From: a virus | Lineage: Duplodnaviria > Caudoviricetes | Virus record (IMG/VR): IMGVR_UViG_3300032281_000616 | Coordinates: 64,001-128,000 of that record | DNA length: 64,000 bases | Reading direction: 5' to 3' (one strand) | Shown here: positions 1-10,365 of the stretch, one piece after another | Numbering within the stretch: the first letter of the stretch is position 1 | How the letters are laid out: each line of letters opens with the position of its first letter | Position numbers and translations under genes: made by a program | The notes under the pieces: generated by a model | Seen by the model: only the letters and a program-made list of their open reading frames with translations | Told to the model about the DNA's origin: nothing | The model's database searches: none

Positions 1-1
1 T

Positions 2-1004
2 CAATCGCTTGCGATAGCCCACACAACCCCGCATGTGATAGAAATCGTATAAGGTTGATATACTGCAATTTCTCATCAAGTATAATTAATAGTTCTACAT
101 CTCGTAGGTTATAATCAACATAAGTTTCCCAATCGTTGACAGATAGATCCCAAAGGGTTCCATCATAATCAATCTTATTAACTCCAACCTCATGTTCTCC
201 AACAGTATCCAATTTATAATCTTCTGGTTTGTTGAATATCTTAAATTTTTGATACATTACAAGATAGTCGAGACATGATACACCTTCAATGACATATTCT
301 TTTGAGGTTTTTCCGAATTTTCCAGCCTTGTTAACCTTCTCGTATATTCTACCTATAGGAGACAATTCATCTGCCCAATCTTTACCCAATTCAAACGTTA
401 TTCGATTTATCAAATAAGGAACATCGTAACCATTACTGTTCCATCCACACAATACATCAGGATAATCACTTGAGAAGTGTCCGATGAATCTCTTTAAGAG
501 ATCGTGCTCTGATTTACAGTGATAATAATCAACATTATCTTTCTTTGGTTTATATGCTTTCAACCCAAAAACGGTATATCTCTTAGTCTCTGTATCATAG
601 CATGTCAGCAAATTTATAACTGTATCAGCTAATTCGACATTTGGCTGACGATCTGATGCTGGATTTTCGATGTCGATATAACAAACCTTGAGGGGATATT
701 GTGAAAATTCCTCTTTTTCAGAATCTCTATAATATTCATCGATTAAAAATTGCTGATATGGTGTGATGTTTTCAAATATCCTTTTAACACCAGATTCTTT
801 GGTAAATTTTCCCCTATCGTATTGAGTTTCGAACTCCCTCTTTTTGAGGGTCGTTCCATAGATGCTTCTGAAAGGACCACTCTTATCCTCAAGCATGATA
901 TATGGCTTGTATGGTATTTCTTGTTTTACCCTATTTCCATAGGCATCCCAAGTAAAAAGGTGGATCATTCGATCTCTGTTTGAATATACGCAGTTTCTAT
1001 ACAT
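2..1004 (-). CDS. gp43: Family B DNA polymerase (T4 gp43-like), N-terminal and 3'-5' exonuclease region; 3' part lies outside the window
   Basis: Not in the ORF track. Manual translation from the ATG at 1004 gives MYRNCVYSNRDR..., with ExoI (YIDIE), ExoII (GWNSNGYDVPYL) and ExoIII (YNLRDVEL) motifs and no stop before the window edge. Confidence 0.93.
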   Translation of the reverse strand, partial: MYRNCVYSNRDRMIHLFTWDAYGNRVKQEIPYKPYIMLEDKSGPFRSIYGTTLKKREFETQYDRGKFTKESGVKRIFENITPYQQFLIDEYYRDSEKEEFSQYPLKVCYIDIENPASDRQPNVELADTVINLLTCYDTETKRYTVFGLKAYKPKKDNVDYYHCKSEHDLLKRFIGHFSSDYPDVLCGWNSNGYDVPYLINRITFELGKDWADELSPIGRIYEKVNKAGKFGKTSKEYVIEGVSCLDYLVMYQKFKIFNKPEDYKLDTVGEHEVGVNKIDYDGTLWDLSVNDWETYVDYNLRDVELLIILDEKLQYINLIRFLSHAGLCGLSQAI

Positions 1005-1007
1005 ATT

Positions 1008-1424
1008 TTATTGTAAAAAAGCTTCAACCCAATGATAAACAGTTCTTTCATAAGAATCGTATTCACTATCCTCTAAAAATTTGAAAGCTAATTCGTGTGT
1101 TCCAGCGGAAATTAGATCATTCGCCTTTTCTAATTCATAATATCTAGAATATGAACAATAATAATCATTATCCTTTTGTCTAAGTAGGACAAATTGTTTC
1201 TTAGTTTTAAGATCTACATCACATATCTCTTTACTTTGATGTTTATAAACCTTCAACCCTCGATTTTCGGGTTCGGTTACTATGTCCAATAAGCAATCTA
1301 ACTCTGATTCGTATATCAGTTGGACATCTATCGGTGATTTCGTCCTAGTGATTGTGATGCATTGTCCCGAGTAAAATTCGTGTCCAAATTTTTCAATTTT
1401 CCAAATTTTAGAGCTTTTTCTCAT
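1008..1424 (-). CDS. hypothetical protein
   Basis: 138 aa ORF directly downstream of a sigma70-like promoter and upstream of the polymerase. Confidence 0.7.
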   Translation of the reverse strand: MRKSSKIWKIEKFGHEFYSGQCITITRTKSPIDVQLIYESELDCLLDIVTEPENRGLKVYKHQSKEICDVDLKTKKQFVLLRQKDNDYYCSYSRYYELEKANDLISAGTHELAFKFLEDSEYDSYERTVYHWVEAFLQ

Positions 1425-1431
1425 GAAAGAG

Positions 1432-1459
1432 ATTCTAGCATCCGAAAAACCAAAGTCAA
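1432..1459 (-). promoter_or_regulatory. sigma70-type promoter TTGACT-N16-TAGAAT with extended -10 (TGn)
   Basis: Reverse strand reads TTGACT TTGGTTTTTCGGATGC TAGAAT; the ATG at 1424 follows 7 nt later. Confidence 0.7.
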
Positions 1460-2649
1460 TTCCACATTTTCAGAAATTTTCGATCCCTTGACCCGTATTC
1501 AGTATTCAAAACATCCATGAAACTACCAACATTCGGTTCAAGCTCTAGGAATCTAGTTGATCCAACTTTTCTCAAATCATCAACCAGACGATAATATCCT
1601 GCTTTATTCTTGAGAAGTTTTTGAATTTTATCCTCTAAATCTTCAGCAGTTGTGAATCTCAAGAAATCTGGAGCACTCGAATAAGTCACCAAATCCTGAC
1701 ACAGACAAGGAATTCCTAATTGAGCAGCTTCGATAAATTTGATATCAGATTTAGCCTTATTGAAATTATTATCTTGTAGGGGAGCGATGAACAATTGAGC
1801 ATTTAGAGAAGCTAAGAATGTGGGATATTCTAAAAGACTTTTCCATGGATGGAACTCAATCTCACGCGCCACAACGTAAGGCTGTAAAGGAGGTGGATAG
1901 GCACCAATAAAGACAAACTGATACTTATGTCGATTATCGATAATGAATTTTAGAACATGTGAAAAGTCATCCTGTTGACCCACTTTGTTTTTCATATCAA
2001 AATGAGCACCAGATCCAGCATATACTATTCTTGGTTTTCTTTTATATTTTTCGAAATTGTCGCAAATTTTTCGATAATCATACTGATGACCAATCCACCA
2101 ATAAGGCATGAAATTTGGAATCGCAGTGATCTCCTTTTTACCAGTCTTTTCTATATATAGATCACGCATGAACTTACACGTAACTGTAACCTCGTCCACC
2201 ATATTGATCATATCGATGCAATTTTGGCGAATATTGTCATCATCAAATCCAAATTTCGAAGCATTATAATCAGGAATTTCTTCTCTGAAAACTACATCAT
2301 CAACTTCATAAATTAACTTGAATCCCATTTCTGGTTGAATGGATTTCAAGAATTTCATGAATTCTTTATGATGATCGGTAGCTTGCCTCTGTAGGGTAAT
2401 TGTTTTAATATCTCTATAAAACGATTTATCTAAAATCATTTTCGTCATATCCGTCACATCACCAATCCCAGCTAATCTGATGTGATTGGATAAAAAGCCT
2501 CTTCGATAAGCCATGCATCCATCATTACCAGCATTAAAATTTAAATACCTATTCTCTTTTGGCTGTTCTTCTTGAACAACTGTTTTATTAGTATTCTGAA
2601 AAGGTGATGCTGGGAATGGGCTTACAAATGGACTAGAATTTAGAAACAT
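1456..2649 (-). CDS. GT-B fold (GT4-like) glycosyltransferase
   Basis: YEVDD motif, IVYAGSGAH, C-terminal FIAPLQDNNFNKAKSDIKFIEAAQLGIPCLC sugar-nucleotide binding motif; TAAATA-N5-ATG upstream. Confidence 0.8.
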   Translation of the reverse strand: MFLNSSPFVSPFPASPFQNTNKTVVQEEQPKENRYLNFNAGNDGCMAYRRGFLSNHIRLAGIGDVTDMTKMILDKSFYRDIKTITLQRQATDHHKEFMKFLKSIQPEMGFKLIYEVDDVVFREEIPDYNASKFGFDDDNIRQNCIDMINMVDEVTVTCKFMRDLYIEKTGKKEITAIPNFMPYWWIGHQYDYRKICDNFEKYKRKPRIVYAGSGAHFDMKNKVGQQDDFSHVLKFIIDNRHKYQFVFIGAYPPPLQPYVVAREIEFHPWKSLLEYPTFLASLNAQLFIAPLQDNNFNKAKSDIKFIEAAQLGIPCLCQDLVTYSSAPDFLRFTTAEDLEDKIQKLLKNKAGYYRLVDDLRKVGSTRFLELEPNVGSFMDVLNTEYGSRDRKFLKMWN

Positions 2650-2678
2650 ACCTATATTTAAATATCGATTTTATATTG

Positions 2679-4478
2679 TCAATTTATTCTCCTAGTGACA
2701 TTACCAGATTTTTCAAGCATGATGATTTCACCATCAATTTTATCCTTAACTTCCTTACGGTGAGATATCAAATAAACACATGTATCATTTTTATCGATTC
2801 TGTCCTTGATAATATTGATAATTTTCTCAAGACCAACTGTATCTACCGCAGAATCCAAACATTCGTCCATCCACTCAACATTTGATGTGACTTGATTGAT
2901 CTTCTTTCTCATATCAGAGAAAGCAAAACAACACGCAAAATCCAGAGACTTCTTTTCTGCTCCAGAAGCGTTTTTATAAGAAAATTGTTTACCTCCAGAA
3001 GTAACAATCTCTTCAAAATACTCATCAAACTTAACTCTAACACTTAGTCCAAGATCGATTAAATATTTTTCGATTGTGTTGTTTAAAAGATCTAGTAGTT
3101 TTTTAACTACAAAACTTTTTACACCTTCTTCTCCTAAGATAAACTTACAGATATCATAATCTGATAATTTTTGCTGTAATTCAGTAAGATTTTTACTTTC
3201 CTCATCGAGTCTTTCACTCGTAGAGTCAATATTCGCATCAAAGGACGCAATTGACAAATTAGATATATTCATATCATCATCCAAATCTTTTTTAGACTCT
3301 AATAATTGTTCCAAATTTTTCTCCAAATTTTGCTTTTTGAGAATATCTGTCTTAGCTTCTTCTAGGGATCTTTGGATTTGTGTCTGTTTGCTAACCAATT
3401 TATTTTTGGTTTCTCTATTTTTTACTAACTCTTTATGTAATTCTACAAGAGCATCTTCATAATTTTTCAACAAAATATTCGCAGATTCCTTTTCCACTTC
3501 GATCAGCTCAGTATGGGTATGATCAATATCCTGAAGACATTTTTCGCATCTGACACCTGATTTAATATCCGACATTTTCTTCAATTTATCTTTAATACCA
3601 GCAATAAAATGCTCATTGGTTGTTATAGTCATATGACATTCACCTATTTTAGAATCTATGTCGTAGATTGCTGATTCCAACTTTTTCAAATTGGACTGGA
3701 ACTTAGTTAGTTCCACTAATTGATATTTTTGAATTTCATCTGTGGCGCATTGTATTCTAACATCTAGATCATCTCTCCTCTTCCGTAGAATTTCGTCTCG
3801 TTCTTCGATTTGTTTTTTGATAATCTCTTTCTGATCAATTAAAGATTTTAGACTTCTTTCAATTTCAGAAACTTTAGCAGATGAAACATCTTTATCTTTT
3901 TTGGTTTCTGTGATCATTTTCTTTAGATCTTTCAACATAACCCCAAAAACATCAATAGAAAAAATGGTTTCTGTGAATGCACGTTTATCTTTAGCTTCCA
4001 TCTGCATAAATGGAACAGTATCTCGAACTGTTATAACATCACAGCAACGATAAATATCTGGATTTGTGGATAATAGATCACAAATATATTTGTCAGTTTC
4101 TTTAATAGTGGATTTTGTTATATCCTCATCACCTTCCCAAAGTTCCACCTTAGATGCTTTTTTAACGTGTCTTTTAATGGTGTATGATTTAGTTCCTTGA
4201 GATGTTTCAACGTCAAATTCAAGTTCGACCAAACCATTCGATTTTGTGACATTATTGATCACAAATTCTGATTTGATTTTGTTGATCGTTTCTCCAAACA
4301 AAGCAAAGAAATGAGCATTAGTCACGACAGTTTTACCGACACCGTTTTTACGGTCTGGGATATCAGAATTTATACCATCTATTTGGTGTAATCCCTTTTG
4401 AAAATCAATCTCGATTAATTCATTTCCAACACTTAGGAAATTTTTGATTTTTAAATTTTTATATTTTACATTTTTCAT
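2679..4478 (-). CDS. gp46: Recombination ATPase subunit, SbcC/Rad50-like (gp46)
   Basis: Walker A NGVGKT, coiled coil with CEKC zinc hook, SGAEKK signature, MDECLD Walker B, ISH H-loop. Confidence 0.95.
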   Translation of the reverse strand: MKNVKYKNLKIKNFLSVGNELIEIDFQKGLHQIDGINSDIPDRKNGVGKTVVTNAHFFALFGETINKIKSEFVINNVTKSNGLVELEFDVETSQGTKSYTIKRHVKKASKVELWEGDEDITKSTIKETDKYICDLLSTNPDIYRCCDVITVRDTVPFMQMEAKDKRAFTETIFSIDVFGVMLKDLKKMITETKKDKDVSSAKVSEIERSLKSLIDQKEIIKKQIEERDEILRKRRDDLDVRIQCATDEIQKYQLVELTKFQSNLKKLESAIYDIDSKIGECHMTITTNEHFIAGIKDKLKKMSDIKSGVRCEKCLQDIDHTHTELIEVEKESANILLKNYEDALVELHKELVKNRETKNKLVSKQTQIQRSLEEAKTDILKKQNLEKNLEQLLESKKDLDDDMNISNLSIASFDANIDSTSERLDEESKNLTELQQKLSDYDICKFILGEEGVKSFVVKKLLDLLNNTIEKYLIDLGLSVRVKFDEYFEEIVTSGGKQFSYKNASGAEKKSLDFACCFAFSDMRKKINQVTSNVEWMDECLDSAVDTVGLEKIINIIKDRIDKNDTCVYLISHRKEVKDKIDGEIIMLEKSGNVTRRIN

Positions 4479-4708
4479 CCTTGTATAGCGGCGATGCTTC
4501 CATCTTTTCTATAGATATATCTACAATTATCTAGATTATAACCATTCAAAATTTCTTCCTTAGTTTTCACTACATCCCTCGTATAAGGTTCTGTTGCTAT
4601 ATCCACCAAAAATCTCCCATCACTCAACACATCAACAATACGAATACCTCCCCAAGTTGTTTCAGATTTTTTTACTCTCCAATTTTGACCTTTCCTTATT
4701 TCTTTCAT
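4475..4708 (-). CDS. hypothetical protein
   Basis: 77 aa ORF translationally coupled between gp47 and gp46. Confidence 0.6.
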   Translation of the reverse strand: MKEIRKGQNWRVKKSETTWGGIRIVDVLSDGRFLVDIATEPYTRDVVKTKEEILNGYNLDNCRYIYRKDGSIAAIQG

Positions 4709-4897
4709 TCATTCATTCATTTCTCGGTAAATTTCTTCATAAGATTTGCAATATCTTTTGTGCCATATAGCACCAAACGTATCATTCCCTATAAAATCTC
4801 CTTTATGGTAATTACATTTAAATGCTGTTAGGATACCATTTGGTAAAATAACTCTAAAACATTTACCAATATAATTTTCTTCACTTATTTCTTTCAT
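4709..4897 (-). CDS. hypothetical protein
   Basis: 62 aa ORF in the operon; similar MKEI start to its neighbour. Confidence 0.55.
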   Translation of the reverse strand: MKEISEENYIGKCFRVILPNGILTAFKCNYHKGDFIGNDTFGAIWHKRYCKSYEEIYREMNE

Positions 4898-5900
4898 ACA
4901 GTTCCTTAATTATGTCATCCACTCGTCCCTCTTGCTCTTCCTCCAGTTTTAATTGGACAACAAACTCATCCATCATATCTGGGATATTGATCGCATCGAT
5001 TTCTTCAACGCTATCGATTGTCGATTTTACAACATTGTGTTCAATAATCAAGCGATACGGTCTGAATTTGTTCAGATATACACGGAACTTATCTAGTTTT
5101 TTATCGTCCACTTCCATATCAACAACCATCTTGACTATATTGTTTTTAATATAATCTTCAGTTATCGATTTAATTTTAGATAAATTGAATTTTTTAAATT
5201 TTGGAGATATTGTATTTTCAAAAAACTCAAATCCTCCGGTTTCAACATCGAGAATATGATAACCCTTAGTGTTATCAACATCAGCAAAGTCCATTGGGAA
5301 AGTATTCCCGACATATAAGATTCTACCTTCGTTATATGATCCCATACTTCTACGATGAAAATGTCCTGAAAATACACTATCTGTTTTCGATCCAAGAAAA
5401 TCAATTGGAGATAATCCATGATCGCATACCTTGAAATTGTTCATTTTGAAACTTACAATTTCAAAATGTCCGAAAATATAATCAAATTTTCCATCTGGGA
5501 GTTCATTATTCCATGGCACAAAAGCAAATTTCTTACCGTAGTCTTCAAACTCAAAATTCTTATCAACGATTGTTATGTTTGGATGACCAGATGCCAATCC
5601 CATACTATGAATATCAGATCTATTCTTATAGAATGCATCATGATTACCAATGATCATAAGCATATTAAAATCCTTAAATTTATTAAGAATCTCTGATGCT
5701 AAGTGGAGAGTTTGAACAGATATTTCTGATCTATTATCGAAAAAGTCTCCAAGGAAGAAAATATCTTTAATTTTCTTTTCTGTCAACTCTTTCACAATCC
5801 AATCCGCCCACCACAGAGCAATTTTATGCCAATCTTCGGAATTATTATGAATTCCGAGATGTAGATCTGAGAATATAGCCACTTTAGATTTTTTTAACAT
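4881..5900 (-). CDS. gp47: Recombination nuclease subunit, SbcD/Mre11-like (gp47)
   Basis: Phosphoesterase motifs SDLHLG, GDFFD, GNHD, GHFE, SGHFH; adjacent to gp46. Confidence 0.95.
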   Translation of the reverse strand: MLKKSKVAIFSDLHLGIHNNSEDWHKIALWWADWIVKELTEKKIKDIFFLGDFFDNRSEISVQTLHLASEILNKFKDFNMLMIIGNHDAFYKNRSDIHSMGLASGHPNITIVDKNFEFEDYGKKFAFVPWNNELPDGKFDYIFGHFEIVSFKMNNFKVCDHGLSPIDFLGSKTDSVFSGHFHRRSMGSYNEGRILYVGNTFPMDFADVDNTKGYHILDVETGGFEFFENTISPKFKKFNLSKIKSITEDYIKNNIVKMVVDMEVDDKKLDKFRVYLNKFRPYRLIIEHNVVKSTIDSVEEIDAINIPDMMDEFVVQLKLEEEQEGRVDDIIKELYERNK

Positions 5901-6310
5901 TATCTTTTATAAATTTCCTTAAACTGTCTTATATTTGTATTATTCTCGAACAATTTTACAGTAACCTCTATAGCAATGTATTCCAAAACTTTATTCATTA
6001 TCAATTTTGGTATTTCTTCTGATTTGGTGTATTGGCACGGTAGAATAATGTCTTTATCGAAAAGACGACCATTCAACATAAATCTAACTCTAGCCTTTTC
6101 TGAGAAAGTATATGGATCATAATATATCCACCAAGTAATATCCTTCAACTCGTTATTGTCTAATTGAACACATGATAAAACATTATCAAAAGCCTTCTGT
6201 TGCATCTCATTCAAAAGTCGAACAGATTCATCGGTTGGTGCTCTTTTCTCAGTTACATCTATCTTAGATGGTCCTCTATATGAGTTATCTATTTTATAAG
6301 TATTAAACAT
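5900..6310 (-). CDS. hypothetical protein
   Basis: 136 aa ORF coupled to gp47. Confidence 0.65.
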   Translation of the reverse strand: MFNTYKIDNSYRGPSKIDVTEKRAPTDESVRLLNEMQQKAFDNVLSCVQLDNNELKDITWWIYYDPYTFSEKARVRFMLNGRLFDKDIILPCQYTKSEEIPKLIMNKVLEYIAIEVTVKLFENNTNIRQFKEIYKR

Positions 6311-6312
6311 AA

Positions 6313-6756
6313 TTATTCGTAATCTCCATCGTTCTCATCTGATTCTAGATGTGGTTTAACATAAATATGGCCTTGAAAAGATGGATCATGCATCGCATCT
6401 TCATATACTCTTTGTTTGTATTCTTCCAAACCATCGTGTTGCCTTTTTTCCTTTTTAATTCTATTACAAAAAGCGTGCCAAGCTATTTGGTTGAAGTATC
6501 CGAATGGAGAAAACTCTGAATCAATTCGGAATTTTTTAGATTGTAAAGCAGCATACATTTTCACCAATGCATCACCAACCATCTCATCCTTCCATGTGTA
6601 ATTGATGAAGTTATATTTGTAACTAAGCCCTTCAGCTATTTTAACGAGGTTAATTGCAAGCTCATCTGTCATAATATCACTCTCGTAATATTTTTGAATC
6701 TGATCCTTGAAAACTTTCGGTGAGACATAATAATTTTCTTTATTTTCGTCCTTCAT
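6313..6756 (-). CDS. gp55: Late transcription sigma factor (gp55)
   Basis: NFINYTWKDEMVGDA...SPFGYFNQIAWHAFCNRIKKEKRQ matches the gp55 pattern; uvsW-gp55-gp47-gp46 synteny; ATG at 6756 overlaps the uvsW stop. Confidence 0.9.
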   Translation of the reverse strand: MKDENKENYYVSPKVFKDQIQKYYESDIMTDELAINLVKIAEGLSYKYNFINYTWKDEMVGDALVKMYAALQSKKFRIDSEFSPFGYFNQIAWHAFCNRIKKEKRQHDGLEEYKQRVYEDAMHDPSFQGHIYVKPHLESDENDGDYE

Positions 6757-8168
6757 AGTTCTGTCTCCTTCCATTCAATACTTTCTCCATCATAAAAAAT
6801 CTTTCTTTCCTCGACATGTTCCATCGAATACTTAAGATTATCACAGATATCAAATAAAGTCAACTTATTTTTTGATGGGTGTAACCTAAGTCCTCGACCA
6901 ATTGACTGAACGATTCTGATGAAACTTCTACCACCAGATAAAAATATAATATATGGAAGATTTTTGATATTAATACCTGTGGAGAAGCAAGTCGAGTTAG
7001 CTACTGTAACAATATTACTATTCTCCTCCATCTCATTTATTATCTTCATTCTTTCTTCGACAGGAACTTCCCCATTGATAAAAAAACATTTCTTATCAGA
7101 TATTGAAGACATCATATCAAGAGTATCCAATCCATGTTCGGTATGATTCACGATAATCAAAACATTACCATTCAATTTTCTGACAAGATTTCTAACTAAA
7201 GTGTGTCTCCTAGGAGATGTGTAAATGTATCTCAACTCTTGACGATAATTCATATTACGAGAATCGAGATGATTTATCTTAACTATTCGTATCTCCACAT
7301 TTGAAAGAAAACCTTCTTCTCTCAATTCTTTACTATTTTTTTCGTAAATTATAGGTCCGAATGTTCCAATAACCTTCCAGTAGTCGATTTTATCCTTTGG
7401 TAGAGTTCCAGTAAAACCGAATTTATGTGGAGTGTTTATTTTTTGTATTAATTTGGATACCGTTGAAGAAGCATTTATCTTGTGACATTCATCAACTAAT
7501 AATAGATCTACCTTTTTTATCCACTTCAAATTTTCAGAAAACTTTTTACAGAAATTCTCTGTATTACAAATAACAACATCCGTATTTTGAAGCTTCATTC
7601 CCTTTACTCCACCAGTCCAACCAGAATATGTAAAATTTACACCATACTCTTCAAAGTTTTCCAATAACTGTGATACTAAGTTTAATCCGGGAACAATTAA
7701 AAGGCATTTAAAGCTCTTTCCTGAGCATCTCCACACGTTTTCGATAAGAGACGCCTGACATAGAGACTTACCTGCTCCTGTAGCCCACAAAACGGTTCCA
7801 TAGCCTTGTTTCAAGGCAGAGTCTAAAGTCTCTAATCCATAATATCTATGCTTGTAATTTAGACCATCATATATTTCTGGAATTTCGAAATCGCATTCCA
7901 ATCTAGAACGAAATTCATTAGTTAACTCATACTCGATATCATTTTGTTTCAGAAAAGATAGAAGCTCATCATACAATCCAAAATCAAACATACCAGATTC
8001 CTGAATCGCGTATGTTGTGTCTGGTATTTTATAATTGTTAGCCTTTTTTCTAACAAAGTCTATATCTTCAACCTTCTGTGAGAAATGTTCACGAATCATA
8101 TTAAAGGTATTAAGATCGCATTTGATCTTACCCTTTCTATATGATTTGTTGTAATCTACAGTAATCAT
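6753..8168 (-). CDS. uvsW: SF2 DNA helicase UvsW
   Basis: ATGAGKS, DECH, GFTGT, FSTGINIKNL and QSIGRGLR motifs; T4-like synteny. Confidence 0.92.
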   Translation of the reverse strand: MITVDYNKSYRKGKIKCDLNTFNMIREHFSQKVEDIDFVRKKANNYKIPDTTYAIQESGMFDFGLYDELLSFLKQNDIEYELTNEFRSRLECDFEIPEIYDGLNYKHRYYGLETLDSALKQGYGTVLWATGAGKSLCQASLIENVWRCSGKSFKCLLIVPGLNLVSQLLENFEEYGVNFTYSGWTGGVKGMKLQNTDVVICNTENFCKKFSENLKWIKKVDLLLVDECHKINASSTVSKLIQKINTPHKFGFTGTLPKDKIDYWKVIGTFGPIIYEKNSKELREEGFLSNVEIRIVKINHLDSRNMNYRQELRYIYTSPRRHTLVRNLVRKLNGNVLIIVNHTEHGLDTLDMMSSISDKKCFFINGEVPVEERMKIINEMEENSNIVTVANSTCFSTGINIKNLPYIIFLSGGRSFIRIVQSIGRGLRLHPSKNKLTLFDICDNLKYSMEHVEERKIFYDGESIEWKETEL

Positions 8169-8569
8169 TTCAAATAGAATCTGATTGTATCCATCTCATC
8201 ACGCTCCCATTTTATGGGTTTCCAAAGATCAGGATATAAAAAAGAATCTGAACATTTCAGACATCTGAATCTTTTATTTCCGTTAGATGCATCGGACCAG
8301 TAATATGCTGCATTATTACAACCCTTCCTTCCACATTTAGGTTGTAATTCGGCACAACCCCTATTTCCGATATTGTTTCCATCCATGTCAGATACATATA
8401 CACTATTAGGATATATAACATCCACTACCAATGCACCTTCGTATGGTATATCGCAATCTCCATAAACCATGACAACCTCCATACCTTTAAAAAAATTATC
8501 TGTAGGTATCATATTAACAATATGTATTATTAAATTTTGGTATGGTATATGATACCTTATATTTTCCAT
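8165..8569 (-). CDS. hypothetical protein with Cys pairs
   Basis: ORF in the operon; start uncertain because it overlaps the upstream ORF. Confidence 0.55.
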   Translation of the reverse strand: MENIRYHIPYQNLIIHIVNMIPTDNFFKGMEVVMVYGDCDIPYEGALVVDVIYPNSVYVSDMDGNNIGNRGCAELQPKCGRKGCNNAAYYWSDASNGNKRFRCLKCSDSFLYPDLWKPIKWERDEMDTIRFYLK

Positions 8570-8909
8570 CTACCATAGAAATTTCAACATCGTATAAAGT
8601 TGAAAATTTTCCATGTTCATACTTTAATGGAATACCTGCTCCGATAAAAATACCCAATTTCTGGTTAGATGTTAAATCTTCTACTGATTCACCCATAGAT
8701 TGTGCTACCACAGCATCTAGAACGAAATTATTCAATGTATCATGGATAAATTTTGTATGAGATGACTCTGGAACTAATTCCTTATCAAAGATTTCACAAG
8801 TTGGGTAAATGTAATGTTTATCTGGTTTGGAATAAACAGCATCAATACATCTAAGATTTGATCCTGTATACTTTTCAAATTCTTCTTTAGTTTTAAATTC
8901 CATAATCAA
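8514..8909 (-). CDS. hypothetical protein
   Basis: 131 aa ORF in the operon. Confidence 0.6.
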   Translation of the reverse strand: MIMEFKTKEEFEKYTGSNLRCIDAVYSKPDKHYIYPTCEIFDKELVPESSHTKFIHDTLNNFVLDAVVAQSMGESVEDLTSNQKLGIFIGAGIPLKYEHGKFSTLYDVEISMVDGKYKVSYTIPKFNNTYC

Positions 8910-9412
8910 TCTATCTTTTCGTATTTTAAACTTTTAAAATCAACAACATCCCTAAATCTATTAACCGAATCGAGTTTCCATTTAATTAATGAACAATTCC
9001 AATCAGCACCTTGACCTGATTCTGGCAACCAATGTGGAAACGCCCAAATTAAATCTTTACCAAGATGGTGCGAATAATCTCGATGACATTGATCCATGGT
9101 CGGTTCCTTGGAATAGACTGCCACTGTTTGTCCTGTTTGCCAATTGGTTAAAATATAAATCCATTTTTCTTCTTTGGCTGTTCTTGAACCATGTTCATCC
9201 CATCCTCTCATAATAGAGTTCGAAAACCACCCTATCATAGTTTCTTCATCTGTAGCTATTTCTGGTTTATTTTTAACCATTGATACAAATTCTTCAGCCC
9301 AATCCCTAGCATCGAATGACTCGGGTATCGATTTTTTAATTCTTTCCTTTGTAGGCATAATCAATATTCTTCTGTTTGAATATAACTGTATCACACGATC
9401 ATTAATTGTCAA
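8906..9412 (-). CDS. hypothetical protein (likely start 9358, MPTKERIK)
   Basis: ORF in the operon. Confidence 0.6.
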   Translation of the reverse strand: MTINDRVIQLYSNRRILIMPTKERIKKSIPESFDARDWAEEFVSMVKNKPEIATDEETMIGWFSNSIMRGWDEHGSRTAKEEKWIYILTNWQTGQTVAVYSKEPTMDQCHRDYSHHLGKDLIWAFPHWLPESGQGADWNCSLIKWKLDSVNRFRDVVDFKSLKYEKID

Positions 9413-9474
9413 TGAAATTTTTAAATCCTCTATCTGTAATTTATAAAAATTCTACTACTATGTTAAATACACAC

Positions 9475-10365
9475 ATGATTAAAACATTTTATGTTTATAT
9501 GTTGTATGATGAGAATAAAACGATTAGATATATAGGAAAGGCTAATGATTCTTATAATAGAATACAAAGACATTTTAAAAGATCCAGTAATCCTCGGGTT
9601 AGACAATTCATAAACGATAATTGGTCTTCTGATATAGTTTATCGAAACTCTGACGAAAAATCCGTATTAAATGAGGAGATAAAACTCATCAAAGAACATA
9701 AAATAACACTTTACAACGAGAGTCGTGGTGGTGAGGGAGGTCCAACTAAAGATGGTGATGGAAATATGATAACTTTAAAAAATTTAAAAACGGGAGAAAT
9801 AAAAACTTTTAAATCCAACTTATTAGCTGCTAGATATATTGGGTGTTCTAATAGTTATATTGGAAAAATATCTTCTGGTAAATATTTGCATTATAAATTA
9901 ACATGGGTTCTTGAGCCTACTACCCAATACATTCTAGATAATCGACCCATCAGCAGAAATCACCCAAAACCCGGTTTACGGCACCCAGTCACAATTTTCG
10001 ATAATAAAGAAGAAAAATATTTATCATTCAATTCATTATCCGAATGTGGGAAGTTTATAAAAATCGCCATTGCAGATGTTTGCTTATTAGTAAGTGGAAA
10101 AGCTAAAACGTTGAAATACGGCAGATATACAATGGCACCATCTAAGGGGACATTCACAAAGTCTGTTGAAGTATATGACACAAAAGAAAAGAAAGTATTG
10201 AAATTCGATTCTCGTGTTCAATTTGCTAAACATTTTAATTTTGATAAGACTCACGCAAACTCCTTAATGAATGGCAAAATGAAATCTATAATTAAAAATA
10301 GATTTATAACCATCGAAACCGCTATTCAGATGTCTCTAATCGATGAGCATCCAAAAGGTTTTTGA
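9475..10365 (+). mobile_element. Free-standing GIY-YIG homing endonuclease with C-terminal NUMOD1-like repeats, antisense to the uvsY operon
   Basis: FYVYMLYD...RYIGKAND...RIQRH, then repeated 'KTFKSNLLAARYIG'-type units; TAAATA at 9464-9469 lies 5 nt before the ATG at 9475. Confidence 0.85.

Noticed and set aside
750-983. 77 aa plus-strand ORF and the many other short opposite-strand ORFs in the track
   Set aside because: They lie antisense to or in alternative frames of well-supported genes (here the DNA polymerase) and show no motifs or promoter grammar.
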